From NCBI GenBank assembly GCA_963749495.1, contig CAVVMW010000023.1, forward strand, positions 352,001-416,000: 64,000 nucleotides of DNA, written 5' to 3'. Both the position numbers and the translations under genes were made by a program. Below the pieces are notes generated by a model. It did no database searches. It had not been told where the DNA came from and saw only the letters and a list, made by a program, of their open reading frames with translations. Of this stretch, positions 41,727-51,254 are shown one piece after another. This DNA is from an uncultured bacterium (GTDB taxonomy: Bacteria; Verrucomicrobiota; Verrucomicrobiia; Limisphaerales; UBA8199). Numbering within the stretch: the stretch's first letter is position 1; every line of letters starts with the position of its first letter.

Positions 41727-43405
41727 GGGTCCCCCGCACAATTTGTGGGTGAAACATCTGGACACGTGTTCAGTTCGGAGGGTTGACGTTGGTGAGTTGG
41801 GCGGTCGTGGAACATCCCGCGGCACGCTCCGCGACGAATCGAGCGGCCTAACGGCCGGAGAAGGACTTCAAGCAATTCCGGCGCGGCCAGGGTATGGCTC
41901 CGGGCGGGGCTGTCAAGGTATTGCTCGCCACGTGCCCTCGTGCCCTGCTGCGCTCCACCTTGACAGCCCCGCCCTCCGCCATGATGCGCCGCTAAGGAAT
42001 TGCTGGTGAAGGTGTGCTTGGCTCGGAGGGCTGCCCAGCGCCACAAAGCGATAGCTGATCTGCCTGGCTTGCGGTAGCCTGCGAGATGTGAAAAGCACGC
42101 CCGCCACCGAGCGGCAGACCAGCTATGCAATTGAAGGTTAAGACGGTTCTCAACGACATTCAACACTTTGTGGGCTTCGTTTACCAGGACATCCGCTTGT
42201 GCCGGGACCGCCGAGGCCGTGGCCGGCGGCTCGAGATCACCCTCCAACCCCATGGCGGCATTCCCGCCAAGTGCTCCCGGTGCCTGCAGCCAGTCCCCGG
42301 CTATGATCAGTTGCCCCAGCGGTCCTGGCTGTTTCCGCCGATGTGGGGCGTCAAGACCTATTTCCTCTACCCCCCGCGGCGGGTCAATTGTCCGCAGGAC
42401 GGGGTGGTCGTCGAGCATATCCCCTGGAGCCAGGGCAAGCGGCCGGTGACGACGGCGATGATGGGCCTCTTGGCCCGGTGGGCCCGGCGGCTGTCCTGGA
42501 AGGAAACCGCCCAGGCCTTCCACACCAGTTGGGAGGCCGTCTACCGTTCGGTGCAGTGGTTCGTCCAATGGGGTTTGGAGCACCGGCGCCTGGAGGGTGT
42601 GGAGGCCATCGGAGTGGACGAGATCCATTGGGGCAAGGGCCAGAAGGCCGACAACTTCCTGACGGTGATTTACCAGATTGACCCCCACTGTCGGCGCTTG
42701 CTGTGGCTGGGTCGGCGGCGCACTCAAGCCACGTTGCGGCGGGGCTTGGCAGAATTGGGAGCCCCGGTGGTCAGCGCTCTGAAGTATGTGTGCAGCGACA
42801 TGTGGAAGCCCTACCTGAAGGTGATCGCGGCCAAGATACCGCAGGCGCTCAACGTGCTGGACCGCTTTCATATCGTGGGGCACCTCAACGAGGCGGTGGA
42901 CGAGGTGCGCCGGGGCGAGCAGTCGCGCTTGCACGGCCGGCCCCTGGCTCAGCGGCTCAAGGGCATGCGCTGGCAGTTGTTGCGCCGGGGCAGCCGGGTG
43001 CGGGGCCGTGCCCGCTCCAAGCTCAACGCCCTGTTGGCCAGCAAGCTGGCGACGGCACGGGCCTGGAACCTCAAGGAGAGCTTCGACTACCTTTGGCACT
43101 ACCGTTCTCCGATCTATGTGGTGGCCTATCTGGGTTATTGGTGCGCTCGAGCCATGCGCAGCCGGCTCGAACCAATGAAGAAGGTGGCCCGGATGCTGCG
43201 CGCCCATGAGCCGTTGATCTTGAATTGGTTCGAGGCCAAAGGTGAGCTCTCCAGCGCCGCCGTCGAGGGCCTGAACAACAAGATTCGAGTGGTAACCAGA
43301 CGATCTTACGGCTTCCGCACCTATCCAGCCATGGAATTGGCCCTGTATCATTGCCTTGGCCGCTTACCTGAGCCTCGACTTACCCATACATTCTGCTGAC
43401 CAGTC
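41727..43405 (+). mobile_element. ISL3-family insertion sequence
   Basis: Imperfect IRs GGGTCCCCCGCACAATTTGTGGGT / GACTGGTCAGCAGAATGTATGGGT; 8-bp duplication CCTCTTAG. Confidence 0.85.
42125..43399 (+). CDS. ISL3-family transposase
   Basis: IGVDEI, CSDMW, DRFHI and VEGLNNKI..RRSYGFR motifs. Confidence 0.95.
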   Translation: MQLKVKTVLNDIQHFVGFVYQDIRLCRDRRGRGRRLEITLQPHGGIPAKCSRCLQPVPGYDQLPQRSWLFPPMWGVKTYFLYPPRRVNCPQDGVVVEHIPWSQGKRPVTTAMMGLLARWARRLSWKETAQAFHTSWEAVYRSVQWFVQWGLEHRRLEGVEAIGVDEIHWGKGQKADNFLTVIYQIDPHCRRLLWLGRRRTQATLRRGLAELGAPVVSALKYVCSDMWKPYLKVIAAKIPQALNVLDRFHIVGHLNEAVDEVRRGEQSRLHGRPLAQRLKGMRWQLLRRGSRVRGRARSKLNALLASKLATARAWNLKESFDYLWHYRSPIYVVAYLGYWCARAMRSRLEPMKKVARMLRAHEPLILNWFEAKGELSSAAVEGLNNKIRVVTRRSYGFRTYPAMELALYHCLGRLPEPRLTHTFC

Positions 43406-43443
43406 CCTCTTAGTAACTGTTCACGTCGCGCGCAGGAGTGGCT

Positions 43444-43686
43444 TCATAAGGCAAGAACTGCACAGCTTTTTGATGCGTTCGGCGTAATGATGGCGATCAC
43501 CACCAGCAACTCGATCAAGGTAAACCCCGGCCTTCTGTGCCACCCCGGGCGCAAGCCGAGCCAGCGTAAGGCGCCTCGTTTCCGTCTGTTCTCGCACCTG
43601 CGCGTCGCGCAGAAACTCGGCGGCAGCCCCCGCCCTCCGACGCCCTCCGCACGATCCTGCCCCAACGATGTCCGTCCCGGTCCCAT
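43444..43686 (-). pseudogene. Truncated prepilin-type gene
   Basis: [14 protein letters not shown] followed by unrelated sequence. Confidence 0.7.
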
Positions 43687-43902
43687 AGTTCCTCCAGCAC
43701 AAAGTCGGCGGGATTCCCCCGCTGCTGGCCGCCGGCTGAAATTCCGAGCGATTTATATGCCGAGGGGGCCGAATAAGTCAAGGAAGAAACGCGGTGTCGA
43801 TGGCTGACGGGCGCGGGACAGAATTCTTCGCCCTACAGAATTCGCGCGCGTGTTGGAAGGATATTGCGCCTGGAGAGCTAGACACTGGTCCGGCTCTGCT
43901 CA

Positions 43903-44113
43903 TCGCGTAGCGATGATACGAAGGTAGCCGTGTGGCTTCAGCCCACGGAAAGGGGTTTTAGCCAGAGGGGTCGCGTCGCGTAGCGACGCCTGAGCCGCCG
44001 ACGCCCTCGGGGCCGCAGGCTGTTTCAGGCGTCGCTACGCGACGCCGGGGCTTCTCCGGCACCTTGACCGGGGGCTAAAGCCACCCGGCTACCATCGGGA
44101 CACCGCTCCGCGG
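43903..44113. repeat. Long palindromic REP-like element
   Basis: GGTAGCC...CGTCGCGTAGCGACG...CGTCGCTACGCGACG...GGCTACC. Confidence 0.8.
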
Positions 44114-44316
44114 TGAACAGAGGCCCGCCGATCCGAAGAATTATGTCTCACACCCTGGCGTCTGGCACGAGTGGCTGCTCACTAGACGAGGCGTCCGCGC
44201 TCCTATGGAACGGCGCCTTTCACCGCGATTGGAACAATCACGCTATTCGTTTGTCATTCATTTCGGCGCCAGCGTACAATGGAGACCCAGATCGGCCGAT
44301 GCCATTTGAACCTGTC

Positions 44317-44817
44317 ATGATCACCAAACATCAAGTCCTTCTCGCAGTCAGGGTCCTGCTTGCGGCGGCGGTCGGCGGTCCGTTGATTCCCTGGGCAGGC
44401 CACGCCCAGTCCCGAGCGGCCGACGCTGGGCCGGCTTACATTCCGGGCAAGGTGCTATCCGCAAGCCCGTCCAAGGAACTCCTGGCCGGGCCGGAAAAGC
44501 CGGAGGATTTCACGGCCTGGGTGGCCGGGATGCGCGCCCTGCGCCAGGAGACGCGGTCGGCCCTCGACGCCAAACGCGGCGATGTTGCGGATCCCTATTC
44601 CGAGCCGGCGCTCCAATGGGCGCGGCGCAGTTTCATTCAGCCGCTGATGATGGCGCACGAGCGGTTCTTCTATGACCCGGCGGCGCACCGCTACACGGTG
44701 AACCGCTACCTCGACGATCTGCGGGACCGGTTCGGCGGCATCGATAGCGTGCTGATCCGGCCGACGTATCCCAATATCGGCGTGGACAACCGCAATCAAT
44801 TCAACGTCTGGCAGTGA
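44317..44817 (+). pseudogene. N-terminal fragment of an FGE-sulfatase/EgtB-associated secreted protein
   Basis: RSFIQP..M.HERFFYDP...RYLDDL..RFGGIDSVL..PTYPNIGVDNRNQF, then an early stop. Confidence 0.6.
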
Positions 44818-44819
44818 AC

Positions 44820-45690
44820 TGATCGTCTTGAAAGGAACAAACCCCTGCTCGTTCAGGTAATCCACCTTCCGATCGACATAACGGAAGTAGGCCGGGTTAA
44901 CCCGGTCCACATCCGGGAACATGTTCTCGTAGCCCGGGACCTTGCCGGGGAAGAGGAATGGCCGGCCTCCTTCGTTGTCCATGTTCTTGGCGCTGTTCGC
45001 CCCGAATTCGAGCCAGGCCGACCGGACGGTGGTTCGCGGCGGGTCGTTCATGACGACGTGCCACGGCTGCTCGTCCGTCATCCAGTTCGGAAACGCGGCG
45101 ATCATGTTGATCCAGTTGAAGCCTTGCGCCTTGCGGCAACGCGCATAATCCTTAAAGCCCGCCGTTGGCCCGATCGGGCGCTCCTGATCGTCGTCGCACC
45201 AACGGAACCGATTTGCGCCCAGCGGCCACCAGGTGTCGCCGAGGACGAAAAACGGGGTCCCATCGGCGTGCTCGAGCGCGTGATGATTGGCGGTCGGCCG
45301 CAGAAGGCCTCGGCGCAGGGGGTTCGCCTGTTTCTCCGCTTCGCTCCAGGCCATCGCCTCGAACGAACCGCTTTTGCCCGCCAGGCCATCATCCGCCGGA
45401 CTCGAACCGCTTCTCCAGGTCCATGTCCCCGGCGCCGTTGCCAGGAGCCGCACCCGAAACGTCTGGCCGCCGTCCCAAAAGCCATAAACCCGCTTCGTGA
45501 AGCCGGGTCCGGTGAGATCGACCCAAACCACTGCCTCGGTGTAGGCGTTGGTGAAGGCGCGAGCGGCGGTGAAAGTCAGTTCCTGCTTCTCCCAGACGTG
45601 CGCGCCGATTGCACTGGGGGCCAGCGAAACGGTCGCGGCCAGCAAAAAGGGGATAATGGCCATTTGCCCCTCTTTTAGTTTGGGTCGCAT
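44820..45690 (-). pseudogene. DUF5060/DUF4038 (apiosidase-like) protein, C-terminally truncated
   Basis: VWEKQEL, GFWDGG, DGTPFFVLGDTW, RKAQGFN and NPAYF..VDRK motifs; homology ends at GFVPF. Confidence 0.7.
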
Positions 45691-45796
45691 TGGAGGGCAA
45701 GAAAAACCGACAAGGACAAGGGGGCAGCCGGGCGCATCTCGCCAGTACCACCGCCAGGGTAGGAGAAACGGGACACGGTTCGGGCCACGCAAGTTC

Positions 45797-46020
45797 ATCC
45801 CGGAGGGATGAAAGACGGTAGCCGGGGGTCGAAGCGTAGCGAGACCCCCGGTCCAAGGGTAATGCGTCTTTGCATCCCGGAGGGATGCCAGAAGGCACCT
45901 CGGGCACCCGGACGCTGGCTTCTGGCACCCCGTTCCGGGGTGCAGGATCCTTCCCACCCTTGACCGGGGGTCACCGCTGTGCGGCGACCCCCGGCTACCA
46001 TCTGGCAACTCTCCGGGTTG
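45797..46020. repeat. Long palindromic REP-like element
   Basis: CATCCCGGAGGGATG..GGTAGCCGGGGGTCG...CGACCCCCGGCTACC. Confidence 0.8.
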
Positions 46021-46302
46021 CCGTGCGGCTCGGCAAGAGTGGTGTCCAGATTTCCGCCCCTGCTCTGGACGTGGTGGTACTGTGGAGATACGCCCAGGGG
46101 TCAGCCGGGCGCACCACAGAATTCTTCGGGTGCACGATGGAACCGGCGATGCGTGCTCTGGACGCCAAATGCGTTGTTCATACCAGCCCAGGGCAACGCG
46201 CCAGTTGTTTTCAAGTTAGATCTTGACGGCCGCGCGAGGGGGAGTTCAGAATCGGCGCGAAGGTCTCGATCCAATTGCGAGGCCGATCACGGAGAGATTT
46301 AT

Positions 46303-48540
46303 ATGAAAAAGAATATGAAACCCTTGGCACTGGTCCTGTCTTCCATGATGGCAAGCGGGACGATGTTTGCGGCCTCGAGTTACGTCGGCCTGCAGACACT
46401 GTTTGATACCGACATTTTCTCGAGCGCGGGCGCGGGTCTGGGGAACGCCTTGGACGCCAATGGGCGGCGGGTTGACCCGGCCACTCTGCCCGCGAGCTAC
46501 GTGGACGGGTCGCCGGCGGCGACGCAGGACGGGCGGGCGACGTTCGAGTTTGGCATCTTGAAGACGCCGTCTCTGGACGGGGCGGCAATCAATGGCCAGA
46601 GCATCAGCGTCAACGCCGGCCAGTACGGCTCGGTGGATCTGGCGTTGCTGGCGGCCCCGCAAGCGTTGATCAATCCCTTTAGCGCGATCGAGTTCCACTA
46701 TGCCGATGGCTCGAAGGAGACGAACCGGTTCGGCCCGGTGGCAGGCTGGTTTGACAGTCCCAATGCCTTCGACCACGCGATTCTGGCCTTCACGGACAAC
46801 AGCCAGGTGAGCAATATGGTGAGCTTCCCGACCGATTTCAGCACGGCGGAGGCGCAGTATCTGGTGCAGCAACGAGGCAGCGCTCAATCGGGGACGGCGC
46901 GGTTTGCGGACGCCTCGTCCTACGTGCTTTACCAAATCCCCGTTCCGGCGGGGCTCACGCAGGCCAAGCTCGGGATCACGGTGGGGAACGATTTCGTGAT
47001 CTCACTGGCCACGGATTACTACGATCCGGACGTCTCCACCACCGACGGCTACACGGTTCTTGCCAACTCGGAGACTCTTTATGGGTTCGAGGAGAAGGCC
47101 CTGGCGAACCTGAAGGAGTATGTCTTTGACGTGTCGTCGGAGTTGGCCGCGGGCACCGGCAACCTTTACGTCCTGTTCACCGATGCGACGCCCTCGGACG
47201 GCTGGGGCCCCTACATCGAGCAGATCCGCCTGTTCACCGGCACGCCGCGGGTTTTCTCGCAGCGGCTGGATCCGGCGGTGGACACCTCCGGCGCCACGGT
47301 GTACGCCATGTTCGACACGGGAACGGACGCCGAGACACCCTACCTTTACGACAACAGCGCGTCCGGGCCAAGCAACCGCGGGCACCGCTTCGCTGACGGC
47401 TCGCAGTCATTGACCTACAAATTCGACTTCCCCGCCAATACCACCAACGCCAGGCTGACGATTGATATGGCCAATAACTTCGTGGTGTCGGTGCGCGGCG
47501 GCACGGGTGCCCAGATTCAATACGTCAACATGGTGACGGGGACCAGTGACGAGACGAATTACCTGGTCGATGCGGACGGCAGCGCCCTGAGCGGCGGCAA
47601 CCGCTTTGCCGACGGCAATAATTACATGCTCTATCAGTTCCAGCTTCCGAATGACGTCACCAATGCCATCGCCCACATCTGGATCGGCAACGAGTTTGTA
47701 ATTCAGGTGGCCTCCGGGACCAATGGGGATTTTCAGACGGAGTATGACTGGGTGGCTCAAAGCGGCCAGCAGACGCACGACCTTTCCAACCTCGACTACT
47801 ACGACGTGGATCTCTCGAAATACCTCGCCAATAACCCGTCAAAGATCATCCAAATCCGCTTCTCGGACGGCGTGCCCTCGGACGGCTGGGGCCCTTATCT
47901 GAAGAGTATTACGATCGTGAACACGGTGGCGACAGGCTACCAGACGGTGCTGAATTCCCAGGCGCTTTTCGGGGCTGACGTTCATAGCGAGTACAACAAG
48001 GGCTTCTACACCATCAACCTCTCGCCCATGCTGACCAACAACCCCTCAAAAGAGGTCTTTGTGAAGTTCACCGATGGCAGCCCGAGCGACGGCTGGGGGC
48101 CTGGGGTCTTCTGGATGGCGGCCTACTCGGGCAATATCGATATCCAGTCGGATCGCCTGGTGTTCAACGGGCTGACATCCAACCAGGGTGACCCGACCAA
48201 CTACGGGCTCGATTTGCTCCAGCGCCGATGCCCGCTGAACCCGTCGAAAACGCTTTCGAGCATCGTCTTTCCCGCCGCTGACGCTAACAGCCCGGTCTAT
48301 CTGCTGGCGATGACCCTCAACACAGTTGCGGCCCCGCCGACCCTGGGGATTCTTTTGCAGCCGGCCAACACCGTGCGCCTTTCCTGGCCGACCAACGCCG
48401 CCGATTATGCCCTCCAGGCCACAACGAGCCTGGCGCCGCCACAATGGACGCCGGTGACGGCCACTTCCACGGTGGTGGGAGGCCAAATTACGGTGACGCA
48501 ACCCGTGTCCGGGACCCGGTTTTACCGGTTGGCCAAATGA
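46303..48540 (+). CDS. Secreted beta-sandwich repeat protein with C-terminal RFYRL module
   Basis: Signal peptide; three RFAD and three PSDGWGP motifs; LSWP...TRFYRLAK. Confidence 0.8.
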   Translation: MKKNMKPLALVLSSMMASGTMFAASSYVGLQTLFDTDIFSSAGAGLGNALDANGRRVDPATLPASYVDGSPAATQDGRATFEFGILKTPSLDGAAINGQSISVNAGQYGSVDLALLAAPQALINPFSAIEFHYADGSKETNRFGPVAGWFDSPNAFDHAILAFTDNSQVSNMVSFPTDFSTAEAQYLVQQRGSAQSGTARFADASSYVLYQIPVPAGLTQAKLGITVGNDFVISLATDYYDPDVSTTDGYTVLANSETLYGFEEKALANLKEYVFDVSSELAAGTGNLYVLFTDATPSDGWGPYIEQIRLFTGTPRVFSQRLDPAVDTSGATVYAMFDTGTDAETPYLYDNSASGPSNRGHRFADGSQSLTYKFDFPANTTNARLTIDMANNFVVSVRGGTGAQIQYVNMVTGTSDETNYLVDADGSALSGGNRFADGNNYMLYQFQLPNDVTNAIAHIWIGNEFVIQVASGTNGDFQTEYDWVAQSGQQTHDLSNLDYYDVDLSKYLANNPSKIIQIRFSDGVPSDGWGPYLKSITIVNTVATGYQTVLNSQALFGADVHSEYNKGFYTINLSPMLTNNPSKEVFVKFTDGSPSDGWGPGVFWMAAYSGNIDIQSDRLVFNGLTSNQGDPTNYGLDLLQRRCPLNPSKTLSSIVFPAADANSPVYLLAMTLNTVAAPPTLGILLQPANTVRLSWPTNAADYALQATTSLAPPQWTPVTATSTVVGGQITVTQPVSGTRFYRLAK

Positions 48541-48566
48541 AGGGTCTGACTCGGCGATAAAGAAGC

Positions 48567-49274
48567 ATGAGCGATCCACTTCCTGAACCCGCGTTGCCGG
48601 GCGGCGTCAGTCCTGAAGCGGCCCGGGCGCACTTGGACAAACTGGCGGCCCAATTGCCCGACGGCGCCCTCGTGTACGCCTGCCTGCGCGATCTTTTGGA
48701 ACACGGCCCCATCGGCACGCGCGGGAGCCCGGTGGTTTCCCGGCCGTCGCGAAGCGATATCACCCATTACCTGGCCAAGTGGGCCCGCTCCGTTGGCCTG
48801 TCTCAGGAAGCTTGCCTTGAATGGCTGACCGCCTACGCCCTGGAGGTGCTGGCGGCCATTTCCACCAGTTCCCCGGGCGCCATTCGGCACAATACCAAGG
48901 GCATCGTCAAATATGTGTACCGGATTGGATACCCGTTCAACTGTGGAAAGGAACACAACGCCCTGCATTGCCGGTGCGACCCGCAGTGCCCCGTGTATCA
49001 TCAAATCGAGGCGCCGTTGCCCAAGCCCGGTGCCTTCCCCGTTCCCGCTGCCGCGGGCGCGGCGCCAGACAGGCCGCCGCTACCCTTCGGCGGGGTCAAG
49101 GACCATTACCGCGAGCAGTTCGAAAAGTCCCTGCTGGTCATCCGGGAAATGCAGGCGCTCGGGAAGAAACCCGCTGAAATTCTCGAGCGCCTGAATGCGG
49201 AGAGTCTCCCGACGAAAACGGGGAGAAAATGGACCTGGCCTACCCTGTATCGGATCTTGAAGACCCTGCGCTGA
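48567..49274 (+). CDS. Hypothetical protein with Cys cluster and C-terminal recombinase-like DNA-binding helix
   Basis: FNCG...CRCDPQCP; LNAESLPTKTGRKWTWPTLYRIL. Confidence 0.65.
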   Translation: MSDPLPEPALPGGVSPEAARAHLDKLAAQLPDGALVYACLRDLLEHGPIGTRGSPVVSRPSRSDITHYLAKWARSVGLSQEACLEWLTAYALEVLAAISTSSPGAIRHNTKGIVKYVYRIGYPFNCGKEHNALHCRCDPQCPVYHQIEAPLPKPGAFPVPAAAGAAPDRPPLPFGGVKDHYREQFEKSLLVIREMQALGKKPAEILERLNAESLPTKTGRKWTWPTLYRILKTLR

Positions 49275-49670
49275 AGAAAAGGCCTTTGACTCTTTCGCGA
49301 AGATCCTTACAAGAGGACAGCGCATGTTATTTCTTTTCGACCTCGATACCAGGCTTTGGAAGCGATGGGAAGCCCTCGCGGACAAATGCCGAACGCGGCT
49401 TGCCGCGCAACGGATCGTCGCGGGGGACCCTGGCAGCATTCTGAAGGACGTTCGACACGATCATCCAGTTCATAGGCCCTGAAGGCATCGCCACCAAGAG
49501 CCGAAACGCGACCTTCCCCGCCGGGCGGTTGTCCGAACTGAACGCGAAACTGGGGCATCCGATCGAGGTGTCGTTGAAACGCCCGCTGCTGCGAGACTAC
49601 CCGAACCTGGCCGGGCTGTTTATTTTGATGAGGGTTATGGACCTGCTCCAGATGAAACAACATTCTCAGG

Positions 49671-50072
49671 GTGAAGCTGGCCGGCTGGCGCGAGGGCGAC
49701 CCCGGCATTTGGCGCCGTTTGGCTGTGCCGCCCGGCCATTCACTCGATTCGCTGGCAGGCGCAATCCTTAGGGCCTTCGATTTCGACGACGAACACCTGT
49801 ACGATTTCCGCTACCGGGATTACCGCGGCAAGAACCGGAGGTTCAATCGTCCCTATTCACACGAAGGGCCGTACACGACCGACATCACGCTGGGAGAAAC
49901 CGGCCTCGCGCTCAAGGACGAGATGGTGTTTACGTACGATTACGGGGACAACTGGGAGTTCACGGTGAAGCTTGAGAAGATCGATCCCGAATGCCGCGTA
50001 AGGCGGCCGCAGGTGATCGCCTCTGCCGGCAAGGCGCCCGAACAATATCCAGAGGACCCAGACGACGAGTGA
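49671..50072 (+). CDS. Plasmid pRiA4b ORF3-family domain (probably the C-terminal part of a disrupted gene)
   Basis: IWRRL, AFDFDDEHLYDF, YDYGDNWEF and GKAPEQY motifs. Confidence 0.75.
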   Translation: MKLAGWREGDPGIWRRLAVPPGHSLDSLAGAILRAFDFDDEHLYDFRYRDYRGKNRRFNRPYSHEGPYTTDITLGETGLALKDEMVFTYDYGDNWEFTVKLEKIDPECRVRRPQVIASAGKAPEQYPEDPDDE

Positions 50073-50105
50073 TCGCCCGGTGGTTGATGGGGCGGTCCGC
50101 CCAAG

Positions 50106-50393
50106 TCAAGCGGTCGTGACAGACACGCGCATCCCTAACGGCTTCAAAATGTCCTGCAGCGTGGTCAGCGTGGGATTGCCCTTTCTTGAAAGAATTCTGT
50201 AGAGGCTCGGCCGTTTGATGGAAACACGCTGGGCCAAGGCACTCATGCCGCCCCCCGCTTCGACCACATCCTTGAGCGCGAGCAAGAATGCGGCCTTATC
50301 TCCCTCTGCGAGCACCTGTGCAAGATATGCCGCTGCGTATTCAGGGTCCTTGAGCCGCTGGATCAGATCATCTTTGTAATTTCTTAGACGCAT
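50106..50393 (-). CDS. Addiction-module antidote (HTH antitoxin)
   Basis: AAAYL...GGMSALA...SLYRILSRKGNPTL. Confidence 0.9.
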   Translation of the reverse strand: MRLRNYKDDLIQRLKDPEYAAAYLAQVLAEGDKAAFLLALKDVVEAGGGMSALAQRVSIKRPSLYRILSRKGNPTLTTLQDILKPLGMRVSVTTA

Positions 50394-50721
50394 TCTTGTT
50401 GAACTCCTTCCATTGTTGCCACAACTGGGTTGCCCGCTTTATGTCACGCGATTGACTGCTCTTGTCGCCGCCGCCCAATAAAATCACAACCTTCTTGCCG
50501 TGTTCCCCATAATAGACCCGTAAACCCGGTCCAACGTCGATCTTCAGCTCGAACACCCCCCAGCCCACCGGCTCGTGGACCCCAAAATGCCCCGCACGAA
50601 CACGCGCCAATCTCGAATCAACTGCTGTCCGCAATTTAAGATCGCGCAGGCTCTCAAACCATTCATCAAACGGAATCCGGCCATTTTCGACCTCGATCTT
50701 CTTGATTTCCCGTTCAGTCAC
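50368..50721 (-). CDS. RelE/ParE-like addiction-module toxin
   Basis: PFDEWFESLRD, GVFELKIDVGPGLRVYY and LLGGGDKSSQ motifs. Confidence 0.9.
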   Translation of the reverse strand: MTEREIKKIEVENGRIPFDEWFESLRDLKLRTAVDSRLARVRAGHFGVHEPVGWGVFELKIDVGPGLRVYYGEHGKKVVILLGGGDKSSQSRDIKRATQLWQQWKEFNKNASKKLQR

Positions 50722-50763
50722 CGTTTGACTGTAATCTATAGATGACGGGCGTCAACACAAATA

Positions 50764-50990
50764 GATATTTTCACGGAAGGCAGCACCTGGGAGGAACTGC
50801 GCTCGAATGTGCGGGAAGCTGTGTCCGCATATTTCTTCGACCAGCCCAAGCCTGCGGCAGCGCGCCTGCACGTGGTGTGGGACGAACTTCTGGCCGGTGC
50901 CTGAAATCGCCGCGCGATTTGAGCGGCGCGGAGCTGATCAGACTCCTTTGCAGGCATTACGGGTATCGCCGGGTCAATCAGGAAGGCAGC
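50764..50990 (+). pseudogene. HicB/HicA toxin-antitoxin remnant
   Basis: IFTEGSTWEELRSNVREAV...* overlapping KSPRDLSGAELIRLL..YGY..VNQEGS; both truncated. Confidence 0.7.
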
Positions 50991-51254
50991 CGAACAGACC
51001 TCCGCCAACACGCGTCAGGTCACCTCCGAGCTGGGCAAGAACGCAATCAGGAATTGTGCGACCCGAAGCCATCGAGAAGAACAGATGTCGGCCGCGGCTG
51101 GAGGCGATGGTGATGCCGAACTGACGAAAGTTGTGTCAAAATGTATCACCGACCCCTCCATGGTTTGCTTCCGAAACGGCCCGGCACGCGGTCTCTTCCT
51201 CCGAATTGGCTGTCCGGTTTGGGGTTTGGGCGGCATTATACCAATGGATTCAAG

